Positions 10,752 through 22,544 of a stretch of DNA of 64,000 nt are shown here, in pieces. Below the pieces are notes generated by a model, which made no database searches, was not told the origin of the DNA, and saw nothing but the letters and a program-made list of their open reading frames with translations. Positions within the stretch are counted from its first letter, which is position 1, and each line of letters starts with the position of its first letter. A program made the translations under genes and the position numbers. The DNA is taken from NCBI GenBank assembly GCA_030704615.1, contig CM060731.1, positions 43,586,001 to 43,650,000 on the forward strand. Direction: 5' to 3'. Source of the stretch: Takakia lepidozioides. Lineage: Eukaryota > Plantae > Bryophyta.

Positions 10752-13700
10752 ACAGTACAAACCGGGACGAGACAATGTGGTGGCCGATGCTTTAAGTAGA
10801 AAGCAGCAGCTCATGCTTGTGTACAAGGGCAAGACGGCGCTCCAGAGGAAGATCCGGAAGGCTTACTAGAAGGATGAGATGACGAAGTCCGTGATGCGGG
10901 ACTTGAGGATGGGGGTTAAGTCACAGTTCCACTTGCAAAATGGACTACTCCGGTACAAGCAAAAACGTCTCTACATGCCGAAGGGAAGGATCAGAGATAG
11001 TCTCTTGAGAGAATGCCATGATGGCCCGTTTGCGGGCCACGACGGAGCCAAGCGCACCGCGGCACTCTTCAAGAAAGAGTATTTCTGGCCCAAACTGAGG
11101 GAGGAGGCCGAGGAGTATGTCAAGACATGCACCACATGCCAACAAAACCGGAGCAAGTACAAAAAGCAAGCGGGGCTGTTACAACCCTTGCCGATTCCAG
11201 AGGGGTCTTGGGAAAGTGTCTCAATGGATTTCATGACTGCTATGCCACTGTCAAAAGGATTCGATGCAATCATGGTGGTGGTGGATAGGTTCAATAAAAT
11301 GGGTCATTTCATCCCCACCAAAGAGACAGCAACGGCGCAGGAGACGGAGCGACTTTATTTCGCCCACGTCTTCAAGCATCATGGACTCCCGAAGGATATT
11401 GTCTCGGACCACGATCCAAAGTTTACAAGTAAGTTTTGGAGGGCACTTTGGAAGAAAATGGGGACGAGGCTCAAAATGAGCACCGCCTTCTGACCTACGA
11501 CGGACGGCCAAACGGAAAGGGTGAATTCCGTGGTGAAGTAGATCTTGCGGAATTACGTGTCGACAGACCAATCGGACTGGGTAGAGCACTTGGATACGGC
11601 AGAGTTCTGTTATAATAACACAAAATATTCCGCAACGGGAGTTTCCCCCTTCGTATTGGTTTATGGAAAAGCACCTCTGGTGCCGACAAGTTGGGCCGCC
11701 CAAGACGTTGAGGAACCGGCAACAGCGGCAGTGCTGGAAGAACGCGAGCGTTTGTTGAAGCTCGCAAAGTACAACATTGCCAAAGCTAGGAAACGGTATG
11801 AACGACAGGCGAATCGGAAGCGGAGGGAGGTTAAGTTTGAGGCAGGCATGGAGGTCTGGTTGAACATCAAGAATTTTCGACTACCTCCGGAAGTGAGTCC
11901 GAAGTTCGTACCTCCGTATGCGGGACCCTTTCGCATCTGGAAGGTTATGAATGAAGCACTACCTCAAGTGTTGCGTCCGCCACCTGTGCTGTTGGATCAT
12001 GAAAATGAACCTGAGTACGAGGTGGAGGCAGTGCTTAAGTCGAGGAGGTTCAAGAATCGAGAAACGGAGTATCTCGTGAAATTGAAGGGCTATCATCATG
12101 TGGAGGCATCTTGGGTGCGTGCCTCAGAATGGGGGAACGCATCCGAGGCGGTTGCAGCTTTCGAAAGGCAACCTCAAAAGCGGAAGAAGCGTTGATGGGG
12201 ACATCAACCTTGGAGCGTGGGGGAGGAAATGCATGCTTAGCCCGGCTTAGCTAGCTCAGGAATCCGATTGCAAAAACTTGTATTGTACAAATTTTGTTAT
12301 AAAGAAAATGGTTTCCAAATGTCGTGCGTCCTATTTTGTTTGGAATGGTGATGCATGGTATGGTTGGCTAGTGTGTAGAATGCATGCTAAGCTTACAAAG
12401 TGGGAGAGGTAAATTGGATTAATCGTGTGTTTGTGTAGTGCCAAAATCGGGTGACTCCCACCCAAGGGGCAATGAAACTTGCACCTTCGTTGGGAGTTCA
12501 CGTGCTAGTGCGCACCTGGCACGTGTACGTACTATAACTGCGCTCCCGAGGGGGTTGCCTTGTAGTGCGGGCTAACGCGGAAGCTACGTGCTGTCGTTCA
12601 CGTACTATAATCGTGTAGCCTCGGGACGAAGTCGTAGTGCGACTTCGGCGTGTTCCCGTGCCTCAGGCCAACATTCCAAGGCGGACCCAATTGTAGTGAT
12701 TGGGACGCATGGTTGGTTCAATGTTATCTTCCTAGTCAAAAAGGATTCAAGGCGAACCCTTGCTCAAGGTGATGCCAAAATCGACATCACGAGCAGTCGC
12801 AAGCAAATATTGTTGCAGTAAGGCGATTCGATCCTCGGGGAGGATCGTTCCTTGGCCCTGAAATGGGTCAAGAAGAGTGCACTGGGAGGAGCTTGAGAGG
12901 CCCCACCCTTGGCCGGGACTTGGAGGAAGTCGGCCGAACTAGCTAGTGGAGAGTAGAGTCAAGTAGGGGTTTGGTTCTTAGCCATGGGACGCCATGGTGC
13001 GGAAACAAACTCCTTGATGTGGGACGCTATAACTTGGATGTTCGTTTCTACAAAATAGACAAGTCGATGAGGACGTCAACTCCCTGTTGGTAGGGGTGTG
13101 TGTCGTGGCCCTTCGCCTTGAGGGCAGGGGGTCGGGACACGAGAGGGGTTGCCCCTGTGGTGGGGGCAGTGGCAACAATAGATGCGGGGGCTAAAGCATC
13201 CTTGAGTGCCCAAGGCACTCAAGGAGGCGGAGGCGCTCACTAGGTGGAGCCCCGCACACCGGGTTGCGGTGGGGGTGGTTCCACGAGAGGTGGTGGTAGC
13301 TTAGGGGGACTTAGTGGGGGTGGCATATGACTCACCATGGGGGCGGAGACCTTGTGGTGGGAGTCGTGGGGAGTCTTGGGACTCATCACGGTCCAATGAG
13401 ACCGTGGTGAGTAGGCCAAGACTCACCGCGACTCATCACCGGGAATCGAGGGTTTTCGTGGTGGTTTGCCATAAAATGGCATGGTTGTTTGTGAAACCCC
13501 CGCGGACAGTCACAAAAATATATATATATAGGGAGTAGTAACCCCGAGAACGGTGCAAGCCCGTTGGTGACCAAAAACTAGTGAGTAAGCGTGCGAGCCG
13601 GAAAGCGACCAAGGTGTGGAGAGCTATTCCGGACTGCCATCGACCAAAGGGAATTTCCACTAGGCCCAAATTGGGAGAGGGTCTTGTGGAGGAGTAAAGG

Positions 13701-13830
13701 GGGACCGTTATGTCCCGGTGAGCAGCCGCAGCTCCGAGTTGGGCGGGCGGCCAGTTAGGGAGTTAGGCGCGCGCATCAAAGCGAGTAACTATGACTTGAA
13801 GGGGAGCTTACCGAAGTGAGGTGCGCGACA
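10752..13830 (+). mobile_element. 5'-truncated Ty3/gypsy chromovirus (RNase H end, integrase, chromodomain, 3' LTR)
   Basis: YKPGRDNVVADALSRK; integrase HHCC (CHD...GH...CTTC), SMDF, GPF motif; chromodomain YEVEAVL...EYLVKLKGY...SW. Premature stops. Purine-rich tract before the LTR. Confidence 0.92.
13101..13830 (+). repeat. 3' LTR of the chromovirus
   Basis: TGTCGTGG...GCGCGACA, internal TATA-like tatatatatag, colinear with the solo LTR at 36414-37138. Confidence 0.9.
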
Positions 13831-13924
13831 AATTTACTATGTTACCGAAAGTTACTATGACTTACCGTGATATACCATGATCTACCATATTTTATCACTA
13901 GTTACCAAGTTATCGGGAGTTTAC
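13831..13924 (+). repeat. Fragment of an LTR of the 19468-20057 family, in opposite orientation
   Basis: Near reverse complement of about 19944-20030 (ttaccgtgat-taccatgatctaccatatttt...agttatcgggagtttac). Confidence 0.85.
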
Positions 13925-15200
13925 TGTCGTGCATCTAAGCATCGTGCCACAACATACATCGCTGTCCAACCACACTTCCTAGCATATAGTCTTAGAAAGT
14001 CACGCCACAATAGTGATACGGAAATGGTGAAAAGAGGAGAAACCACTCTATCACGTTATATAAGTCAAGCCAATGGCACCTTTGCTAAAGGACTCCACCA
14101 TACAGACCTCACCTACTCTCCATCTCAAGTACTAGAGCTATGGCGGCGAGAAAGGCCTCGGGAGGCTCGACTAGAAGAAGACAAGTCTGCCTACGTCTCA
14201 CGTGGAGATAACATCTCCACGTCCCAAGTGAGGTTTGTCACCTCACTTGGCACATGGAACCAAATGAAGTCCCAATGCCAACAAAATACAAATATAAATG
14301 TATAATGTCCTCATTAGTTAGAAATAACTATTTCTAATTAATCACAAACAAAACCATGACAGCTGTCGTGCACCTAAACATCGTGCCACAACATACATCG
14401 CTGTCCAACCACACTTCCTAGCATATAGTCCTAGAAAGCCACGCCACAATCGCCCCCCTAGCTGGTGATTAGGTCCCTCTAACACCGGATAGCTTGCAAA
14501 TATCCACCCCAATAAGATCATCACTTGGTCTTCAATTGCACAAGTCCCAACACCTGAAGTCGATAGATCAAGAGGTCGGGTGCAAACGTAACCTCATCGT
14601 TAGTCGCCTTTATGCAATCCATGATCTTCAGTTGAGTATCCCTGGTAGTGAAGCCCCACTAACTAGACCTTGGATCACTTGTCCGCCTCACCGTTGTTAT
14701 GCCCACTACCTCTGTCCAAAACATCGCGAACACAATCATCCTCCGATAGGAACTTCCTCAAGTGGCGGTGTCAAGCATCCCATGTGTCACCCCCTTGCGC
14801 ATTTGTCACACACCAACATGGTTGCGGCGCCACCAGCATGCCCACATAGCATGCAATGCAACCCTGCAGGTACCACTGCAAGGTTGGGATCTATCCTCCC
14901 ATCCACATGTGGAATGTGACATGGCGCACAATTGCGCACATGGTCCTTCCATACCATGTCATCTCGACCCTCCAGAATCAATACTCCTGAAGGCAACACC
15001 TCCCTGACCCGTAGAATCTCACGTCATGTTGTGACATCCAAGGTCGTAGACGCTGTCTGCTGCAAATACACATAATCCCCAGGGTGAAAACGCCGAATAC
15101 TTGGCCGATATCCCCCTCCACGTATAGTGGCGTACCTCAATGTGTCTCGGTGTTGGGCAATAGCAAGGTTCTCAAAAGCCATATGCATGACTCTCTTGAA
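13925..15200 (-). mobile_element. 3' end of a Ty3/gypsy element whose integrase carries a C-terminal PHD finger, with PPT and LTR
   Basis: [17 protein letters not shown]...FHPGDYVYL...CMLCGHAGGAATMLVCDKCARG*HMGCLTPPLEEVPIGG*LCSRC (C4HC3). PPT is the reverse complement of cgcccccctag at about 14451-14461. LTR-like 13925-14448 is bounded by TG..CA. Confidence 0.8.
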
Positions 15201-18200
15201 CAACTGATACAACTCCAATAATGAAACATGAAAGACTGGATAGATGCGCATACTTCGTGGGAGTTCAAGCCGAAAACTGACCGGATTTATTTATCGAATA
15301 ATTTTGAATGGTCTCGGGCGTTGATAATCCAACTTAATTGATGGACGCGAGGTTTGTATGTCCCGTCAAAGAAGCCACACACGATCTCTGACCTTGAACT
15401 GGGGTTGGAGTTGGCGATGTTGATCTGCATACTTATTGTATTATTTTTGAGCTTCTGCGAGGTATTTGTAAGCTCATTGTGAATCGTAGCAAGATGAGCA
15501 GCAAGGTTTTCTGCAGTAGGGCTTCCAACAGTCTTCATGTGGAAAGGGTTTGCTCGAGGATGATGACCATAATTGGAGAAAAATGGAGTTTGCTTGGTCG
15601 AAGAATGTATAGTATTGTTGTAGGCAAACTCAGCCAATGACAGAAGGTCCGTCCAATTATCTTGATGATAATTTATCGTACAGCGAAGATACTGCTCCAA
15701 AATCTGGTTTACACGTTCGGTTTGACCATCAGTCTGTGGATAATTAGCTGTAGAGAGGTTGATCTTAGTATCCAATATGTGAAATAATCCCCTCCAGAAT
15801 TTTGATATGAACTGTGGTCCTCGATCAGATACGATGTCCTTCGGGAGTCCATGAATGCGGTAGATATTATTGAGGAAGAGTCTTGCAGTTTCTTCGCCGG
15901 TAACCGTCGTATTACATGGAATGAAATGTGTCATCTTCGTAAAACGATCTACAATAACAAGGATTGAATCGGTGGTCTTGGAAATTGGAAGGTCCGTAAT
16001 AAAGTCCATAGACACGGACGATCATAGACCCTTAGGAATGGGTAATGGCTGAAGAAGGCCGTAAGGTCGATGTCGTGGTCCCTTCGCTCTAGCACACGTG
16101 TCGCAAGATTTTATAAATTCTTTCGCGGGTTTCCACATTTGCGGCCACCAATAGTCCCTAGATATTAATTCCATTGTTTTATTGAAGCCGAAATGTCCTG
16201 CAGCCGGAAGATCATGACATGTTTGAAGAATTTGAAGTCGTGTAGGTCCTGGAGGTACATAGAGAAGTCCCTTGAAATAAAGTAAGCCATCTTTGAATTC
16301 GAAGTCGTTTGTAACATGTGGGTTCTCTTGAGGTCGATTTAGTTGACTTCGTACTGTTGTAGCAAATTGGTCGCTCTTCAATGCTTCCTAAATCTCTTTT
16401 ATGATCTCTGCATCGTCATAGGTGGACATGGATAGCATATTCAATTGGAGATTTGTTGGTTTCAAGATGATGGATTTCTGTTGGTCGAAAGTTGCCTCCT
16501 TTTTTTTCGGCGCAAGATACGATCGTCGAGAAAGAGTATCGGGTTTCCCTTGAAGATGTCCGGGGCGATAGGTAATAACAAAATTAAACCTTGCTAGTGA
16601 CATACCCCATCTAGCTTGACGTCGATTCAAAACACGAGCACTCATAAAATATTCGAGGTTTTGTGATCGGTGTAGACAGTGACCTGATGTTTAGCTCCCT
16701 CCAGTAGATGACGTCATTCCTCAAAAACATGGATGATCGCTAAAAGTTCTTGTCATGGATTTCATAATTGATCTCCGCAGCGAAAAATTTACGAGAACGA
16801 AAACCAACAGGGTGAAGTCGACCATCCGTACCGTATTGAGAGAGTATAGTGCCAAGTGCAAAGTTCGATGCATCTGCTTCCAAGAAGAATGGTTTAGATG
16901 GGTCTGCATGTACCAGTATTGGAGCCGTCGTAAATGTCTGCTTCAGCCTTTCAAATGCATGGTCAGCATTCTCGTCCCATACAAATTTGTCATTTCTTGT
17001 GAGTCGTGTCAATGGTGCAGCAATTTTGGAGTAGTCCTTCATGAAGATTCTATAGAAATTTGCAAATCCCAGAAAATATTGTACATCTCAGACCGAAGTT
17101 GGTTTAATCCACTCGATGATGGTTTGTATTTCTTCTTATCCATAAAGATACATTTGTCGGAAATAATGTAGCCCATAATTTCGACCTCAGATTGATGGAA
17201 AAGTCATTTTTTCCAACTTGGCATATAGTCTTTTTTCTCTTAATTTATCAATGACAAGATGTACATGGCGGCCATGTTCTTCATTATGTTAAAATATCAA
17301 AATGTCGTCCAAATAGATGAGTACAAAGTCATCTAAAAATTCTCGAAAGATGTCATTCATCCTATGTTGGAAAATTGTTGGAACATTTGTAAGACCAAAA
17401 GGCATAACACTGTATTCAAAATGTCCATACCTTGTTCGAAAAGTTGTTTTCTATTCGTCTCATTCTTTTATCCGTACAAGGTTATATGTTTATCTCAAGT
17501 CAATTTTGGTAAAAATCTTCGCTCGTCCTAGCTGATCGAGAAGCCCAGAAATTTGCGGCAACGGATAACGATTCTTAATTGTGACTTTGTTGAGACCGCG
17601 ATAGTCTACACACATGAGTAATGATCCGTCATTCTTTTTCACAAACAAGATAGGCGCCTCCGCGGGTGATTTTGAAGTGCTTCGACAAATTTTCATCAAT
17701 GTATTCACGTAATGCAGCCAATTCCGTCTGGGATAAGTTACAGATTGGGCCGAATGGTGGTTGGGCTCCTTCTTGTAACTCAATTGCACAGTCATAAAAT
17801 CGATGTTCTGGCAATATGTCTGCATTTTTCTTTTCGAAGACATCCTTGAAATCTTGATATTTAGCGGGTAATGTTGAAGTACCTTTGTCTGTTGTGGTCT
17901 TGATCGAAGTCACATAAAGTGCAAATGCCGCATCCTTTTTGGTAGCTCTCATGAAAGCTCTAGCTCCAAGGAACAGGGGTTGAATACCTTTGATATTTCT
18001 ACATTTTTGTCTTGCAGAAATTTTTCACGATCGCCAATCGATATCAGGATTGTGAAGTATGAACCAGGGAAGTCCAAGGATCACAGGATTCGTTGGAGAC
18101 TGGATGACGTTGAAAACAATATGTGATGCTTGACCTTTAAGCTTCATTTCAAGTGGTCGAGTTTCATGGTCCACATTTCCTGATGTTAACGGTCGTCCAT

Positions 18201-18420
18201 CGATGACTTCAACGGGGGCCGAGAGTTTCTTCTTTACGAGCGTTAAATTGTGTTGTTTCGCAAAGTTTTTGTTCATAAAACAAGCTGAAGCACCTGAGTC
18301 CAAAAGTTTTTCTACAGAGATATCTCGATTTTGTACTCTGATTTTACCGGAACTGTGAAGCAAGGTGCAGGGTCTGGAGGTAGAAAAAGACATTTTTTCG
18401 GTGAAGAATTTGTGGTGTCT

Positions 18421-18461
18421 AGCCGCATGGTCCCTACTATGACTGGACATCTTCGTTTTTT
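18421..18461 (-). promoter_or_regulatory. gag-pol -1 ribosomal frameshift signal
   Basis: Slippery heptamer A AAA AAC (18461-18455) in the gag frame, 6-nt spacer, then a GTCC...GGAC stem with possible loop pairing to GCGGCT. The -1 frame is open. Confidence 0.7.
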
Positions 18462-19467
18462 GACCTCCTCGTATCGAACACTTGAGTTGCGTCCCGAACT
18501 TTGAATCTTCTCTTGTTGGGGCAGTTTAATGCTATGCGATATTCTTCTTCGCAATAGAGGCACAATCCATTCGAGCGTCGTCTTTGTTTTTCTTGTGGCG
18601 TCAATGGCTTGAATCGGACAACATCAATCTGCATAGGATCACTACCGGATGTCTGATAGATCGTTGTGTTTGGTGCCGTAGTAGCAGCAACATGATGCGT
18701 CGTCAACCATCCAGATCGCTTCTCTTGACGTCTTTCGAACAAACTATTATCGCATGCAATGACTTGGGTGATGAATTCACTCAGTGTGCTCACGTTTGGC
18801 ATTGTCAGCAACAAATCTTTTACATTATCTTTTAGCCCACATCGAAACTGACTAATGAGGCTCTTCTTATTCCAGTCGAGGTCGCACGCAAGTTGTCGAA
18901 ATTCGGCAGAATAAACGGAAGCAGGACGTGCTCCTTGTCGAAGATTTCGCATCTTTGTCTCTGCGTTGCAGTGAACTTAAAATTATATAGTAAATGCAAT
19001 TTTTTTTTCTAATATCGATGCAAACCAAGATAGGGCAGTGTCTGATAGAAGGGTGCCCACGAATCTTACTTGAATACCTTCATCGGAGTAGCATTGTGGA
19101 TGTAGTCGTAGGAACAGTCGTACTTGTTGAACAAAACCGCAAAATATTGATCTCGTCCCATCAAATTCTCGGGCATGCTGATCTTTGGTTATCTCGTAAT
19201 GTGTTGAAGATGAACCGTTGTAGTATGAGATGTTGCCGTAGGGACTCGTATGATTGAAGATCCATTGTTCGACTCCTTTAACTCTGAAATTTGTTGTTGC
19301 AAATTGTGGAGAGCGTTGCCAAGATCTTGAGAGATCAGCTTGCAATTGGGCGGTAGAGGTACGGAGTTCTTGCATCTGGAGCTAAAGACTTTGCAATGTG
19401 GTGACCATTTCCGTAAATGTGCCTTCCATCTTAACAAAGTAAGGAACAAACTTTAGTCTCGCCAAAC

Positions 19468-20057
19468 TGTCAAGGACGAGAACATGGCTGAACACAAACA
19501 AAGAGATCAGACTAGAGGTATCAGACTAGACAAGAAGTCAAGGTCGGCGTGGCCGAATGCATGGTGGATAAACATGAATCAAGATGATATTTATAACAAT
19601 TGACAAGAGTACAAGGTACTGGAACTCGATTCGAATATATGAATGCTGAAAACTGGACTGGGGTACCAGATACTGGAAACTGGACTAGAGTACTGGAAGC
19701 TGGACTAGAGTACTGGGACTGAGAACAAGAGTAGCTTAAACTTGTGTTGGCGAGACTGAAGAGTGTTCAGTCTCGCCTCTTATATATACGGGCTACTAAG
19801 AAGTTCCCTAAGAAGCTTCCCCTATAGAGGTTTCTTGATGGAGAAGCTTTCTCAAACAAATGAGGTATCTTGATGGAGAAGTTTCCTCCAAAGGAAGCAT
19901 CCTCAGCAGTTTCCCAAGTTACTCTTGATAATTTGGTAAACTCCCGATAACTTGATAACTGATGGTAAAATATGGTAGATCATGGTAAATCACGGTAAGT
20001 CATGATAACTTCCGGTAACATGGTAACTTGGTAACTTCTGGTATTTACTCCTGGTCA
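19468..20057 (-). repeat. 5' LTR (590 bp) of the Tf1/Tcn1-type element
   Basis: Imperfect terminal inverted repeats tgtcaagga/tcctggtca, TATA box at 19780-19788 on the minus strand, PBS adjacent at 19455-19465. Confidence 0.85.
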
Positions 20058-20059
20058 AT

Positions 20060-20641
20060 TCCTCTGGGCTATGTCTGTGATAAGACTCAGAAATGCCAAC
20101 TTCCACAGAAAATGAAGCCAATCAGTATCCAAAGCACGAGAAGTGGGCCTATACGAAATGTCCGCTTCCTTGAACCTGCCTAACAAACTTTCGAATCTAG
20201 CGGATCCAGTTGGCAGTAACAAGTCTCGTATAGGCCTGGTCAAATTCTGCTCAAATGTCCGAACAAACAGTAGTCTAGCAGACTCATGGGCTAAGCCCAC
20301 CTTGAACTTGACAATCATCGACTTCTCTGCCTTGTCATAGAGAAGAGAAATGCGAGGTAGACTGCAGCTCCTACTCTCACGCAGGCTATCAATAGCCTCA
20401 AAATCCCCAGGTGAACTCCAATATATGCCATGTATGGGCATCCTTGGCCATTGATCAAACAATTCCAAAGATTCTTACACTCAACCCTTAAAGAAGCAAT
20501 AGTGGAAAAAATCACTCTAGAAAGATCGGGGTACCCATCTAGCAGTTCGTCTTCACGTCCCAACGTTGGACTTGGATCGGTTGAAGTGCATTCATATGAT
20601 ATGAACTCAACGTTCCAATCTCTAGAACCGTGTACCGCCAT
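20060..20641 (-). pseudogene. Frameshifted fungal-type PD-(D/E)XK (Uma2-like fold) protein
   Basis: LLYDKAEKSMIVKFKVGLAHE...TGSARF...KEADISYRPTSRALDTDW, then after a 1-nt shift SFSVEVGISES. Truncated at the LTR. Confidence 0.6.
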
Positions 20642-20929
20642 CTAAAGATGCCCCTCTGAAACAACAAATTTAGTCGATACTTCAATACCAACACCAGCCG
20701 CCCAAAGACAGGGCTCTAGGAGGCCGGCCAAAAGCCCTGCATACTTAGTGGGAGAGGCGGGGCCGGGCTTGTGGAGTGAGGAGAATGAGGCCGGGCCGGG
20801 CGGGCTTTTAATGTGTTTCCATATTGAAAATTGCTGCCCCTTCATGTTCTGAGTCACACACCCGACCAACATTGGTGTGGACCTCTTTCCAAACAGACTG
20901 GAGAAATACGATGGGGTGAAGAAGTGTTG

Positions 20930-21080
20930 ACATCAGAGAATCAAGTCAAACATTGATTTGGAGACTATCATTGCCAGCATGTTGCAAGACCATGGATGCT
21001 ACCGGACAAGTGTTAAACAATATGGTTGAACGAGATGTGGTGTAATGGAGTGCCAAAATTACAGTATGTGCCAACGTGAT
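20930..21080 (+). pseudogene. Degenerate PPR motif fragment
   Basis: caagtgttaaacaatatggttgaacgagatgtggtgtaatggagtgcc = QVLNNMVERDVV*WSA. Confidence 0.45.
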
Positions 21081-22544
21081 TGTGAGGATACCAGTGAACA
21101 TTACCCTGTCAGTTGTGCCTCTTGCCTTAGCTCATAGATCTCCGAAGCCTCCCTACCACACCCATGCTCGACACATCCACGGATCATTGCAGTCCACGTG
21201 AAAAGACTACTGACTGTAGCATTCATTTAGGCACGCCGTTTCTTTCAAGATAATGACGATGAATTAGCTGTCTGCCGGGATTTTTGAAATTACACTCTTC
21301 CCCATGCTAATCAAATCCAAGCTCGTCATCAGGCAGCAGAAGCGCACTTTACATCAAATAGCAGAGTTAAGGTAACATTCACAATCTTTGCGCATGAAAG
21401 GAATTTACGTGAAACCTTTGAAAGAGGGCGTGATGTTGATAGCTTCCAGCGAATTAGCGGACAAAGAGACTTCCCATCGAGCTTCCCTGACGATCTCTTG
21501 GCAACAAGACTAACTGTCGAGCAACAGAGAAGAGAGAGCTTTTCATCTCAACGCCATGTAGGGTTTTGAGGCCTCACGGATGAACGTATGGCATCAGAAT
21601 CCGTGGATGGATGTCCCAGTGGACGAAGCTAGTGTCGTTTGCAAGTCCCTCTGCGTCCAAGGGAATAACGCAGCTCGGCCAGCGGAGCGCCATTGATTCT
21701 TGAGAGTAAAAATAATAAGACAATGTTTGTCTCTTTCTCTTTCTCTTTCAACACCCGTACTGGCGGTGTTCTGGATCTCAAGCTCAAGCTTCTGCCTGTC
21801 CCCATATCATGTGTAAGGTAAGCTTCACATCTGCTGACCTTTCCAGTTTTTGGCTCCCTTATGAGTGGTTTCCTTCCGACAGATCATGGAGTTTAGATTA
21901 CTGGTGGATTCCTGCTTCTGTTTCGTGACGAGAGTTGATCACGTATCTCTATGAGGCCTCTGTTTTTGTTTCTCTCTTGAATCTCTCGTGAATTCCTGTA
22001 GACTGGTTGTGGCAGCATTTGTCAATTATGCCGCTCAATTTTGATAAATGAAGCTGGATTCTAAGGTATTTCGTAATGGGTCACCCACATATCAGATTGT
22101 TTACTCGTTTTGGTCTCTCCATCACCACAATTTGAGAGGATGCCGTAGTTACTAAGCGGGCCACTACGCAATGAAGAATCTTACCGATAAATCTGCGCAC
22201 TGACCTGGGGTGATCGCATTCGTAAGTGATTCTTATCAAAGTGGATATGCAAGCCCAGTTTCAACTAGTCACCTACATTTGCATTTACCAAGTTTTGGCT
22301 GCTTTTATGTGGGACAGTGCGAAGAAGTCAATGAAGTGCGTAAATTCCAGCTGGTAATCCGTCGGACATTCCAACCCCGCTCTCCGTGGTCCATCAATTG
22401 AAGTGGAATTACAGGGACATAAAAAGTCATTGGCTGCTGGTGCAAGCAACACCAATCCTTCCTTACAGAGAAGGATTTCTGATTGTACCGAGTTGAAGCT
22501 TCATTGTGAACATTGTCTGTATATAGCTACCCCAGAGGTACAAC

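Larger units (their letters stand above)
15200..20057 (-). mobile_element. Degenerate Tf1/sushi/Tcn1-type Ty3/gypsy element (5' LTR, gag, PR, RT, RNase H, integrase; own 3' end missing)
   Basis: Gag with DPMQID and CLYC knuckle; protease LLDSGAS; RT ([23 protein letters not shown]); RNase H (EADASNFA); integrase (CHD...[29 protein letters not shown]). Multiple frameshifts and stops. Confidence 0.95.

Noticed and set aside
20705-20815. GGCCGGGC-rich patch resembling a transposon end
   Set aside because: No matching second terminus found.
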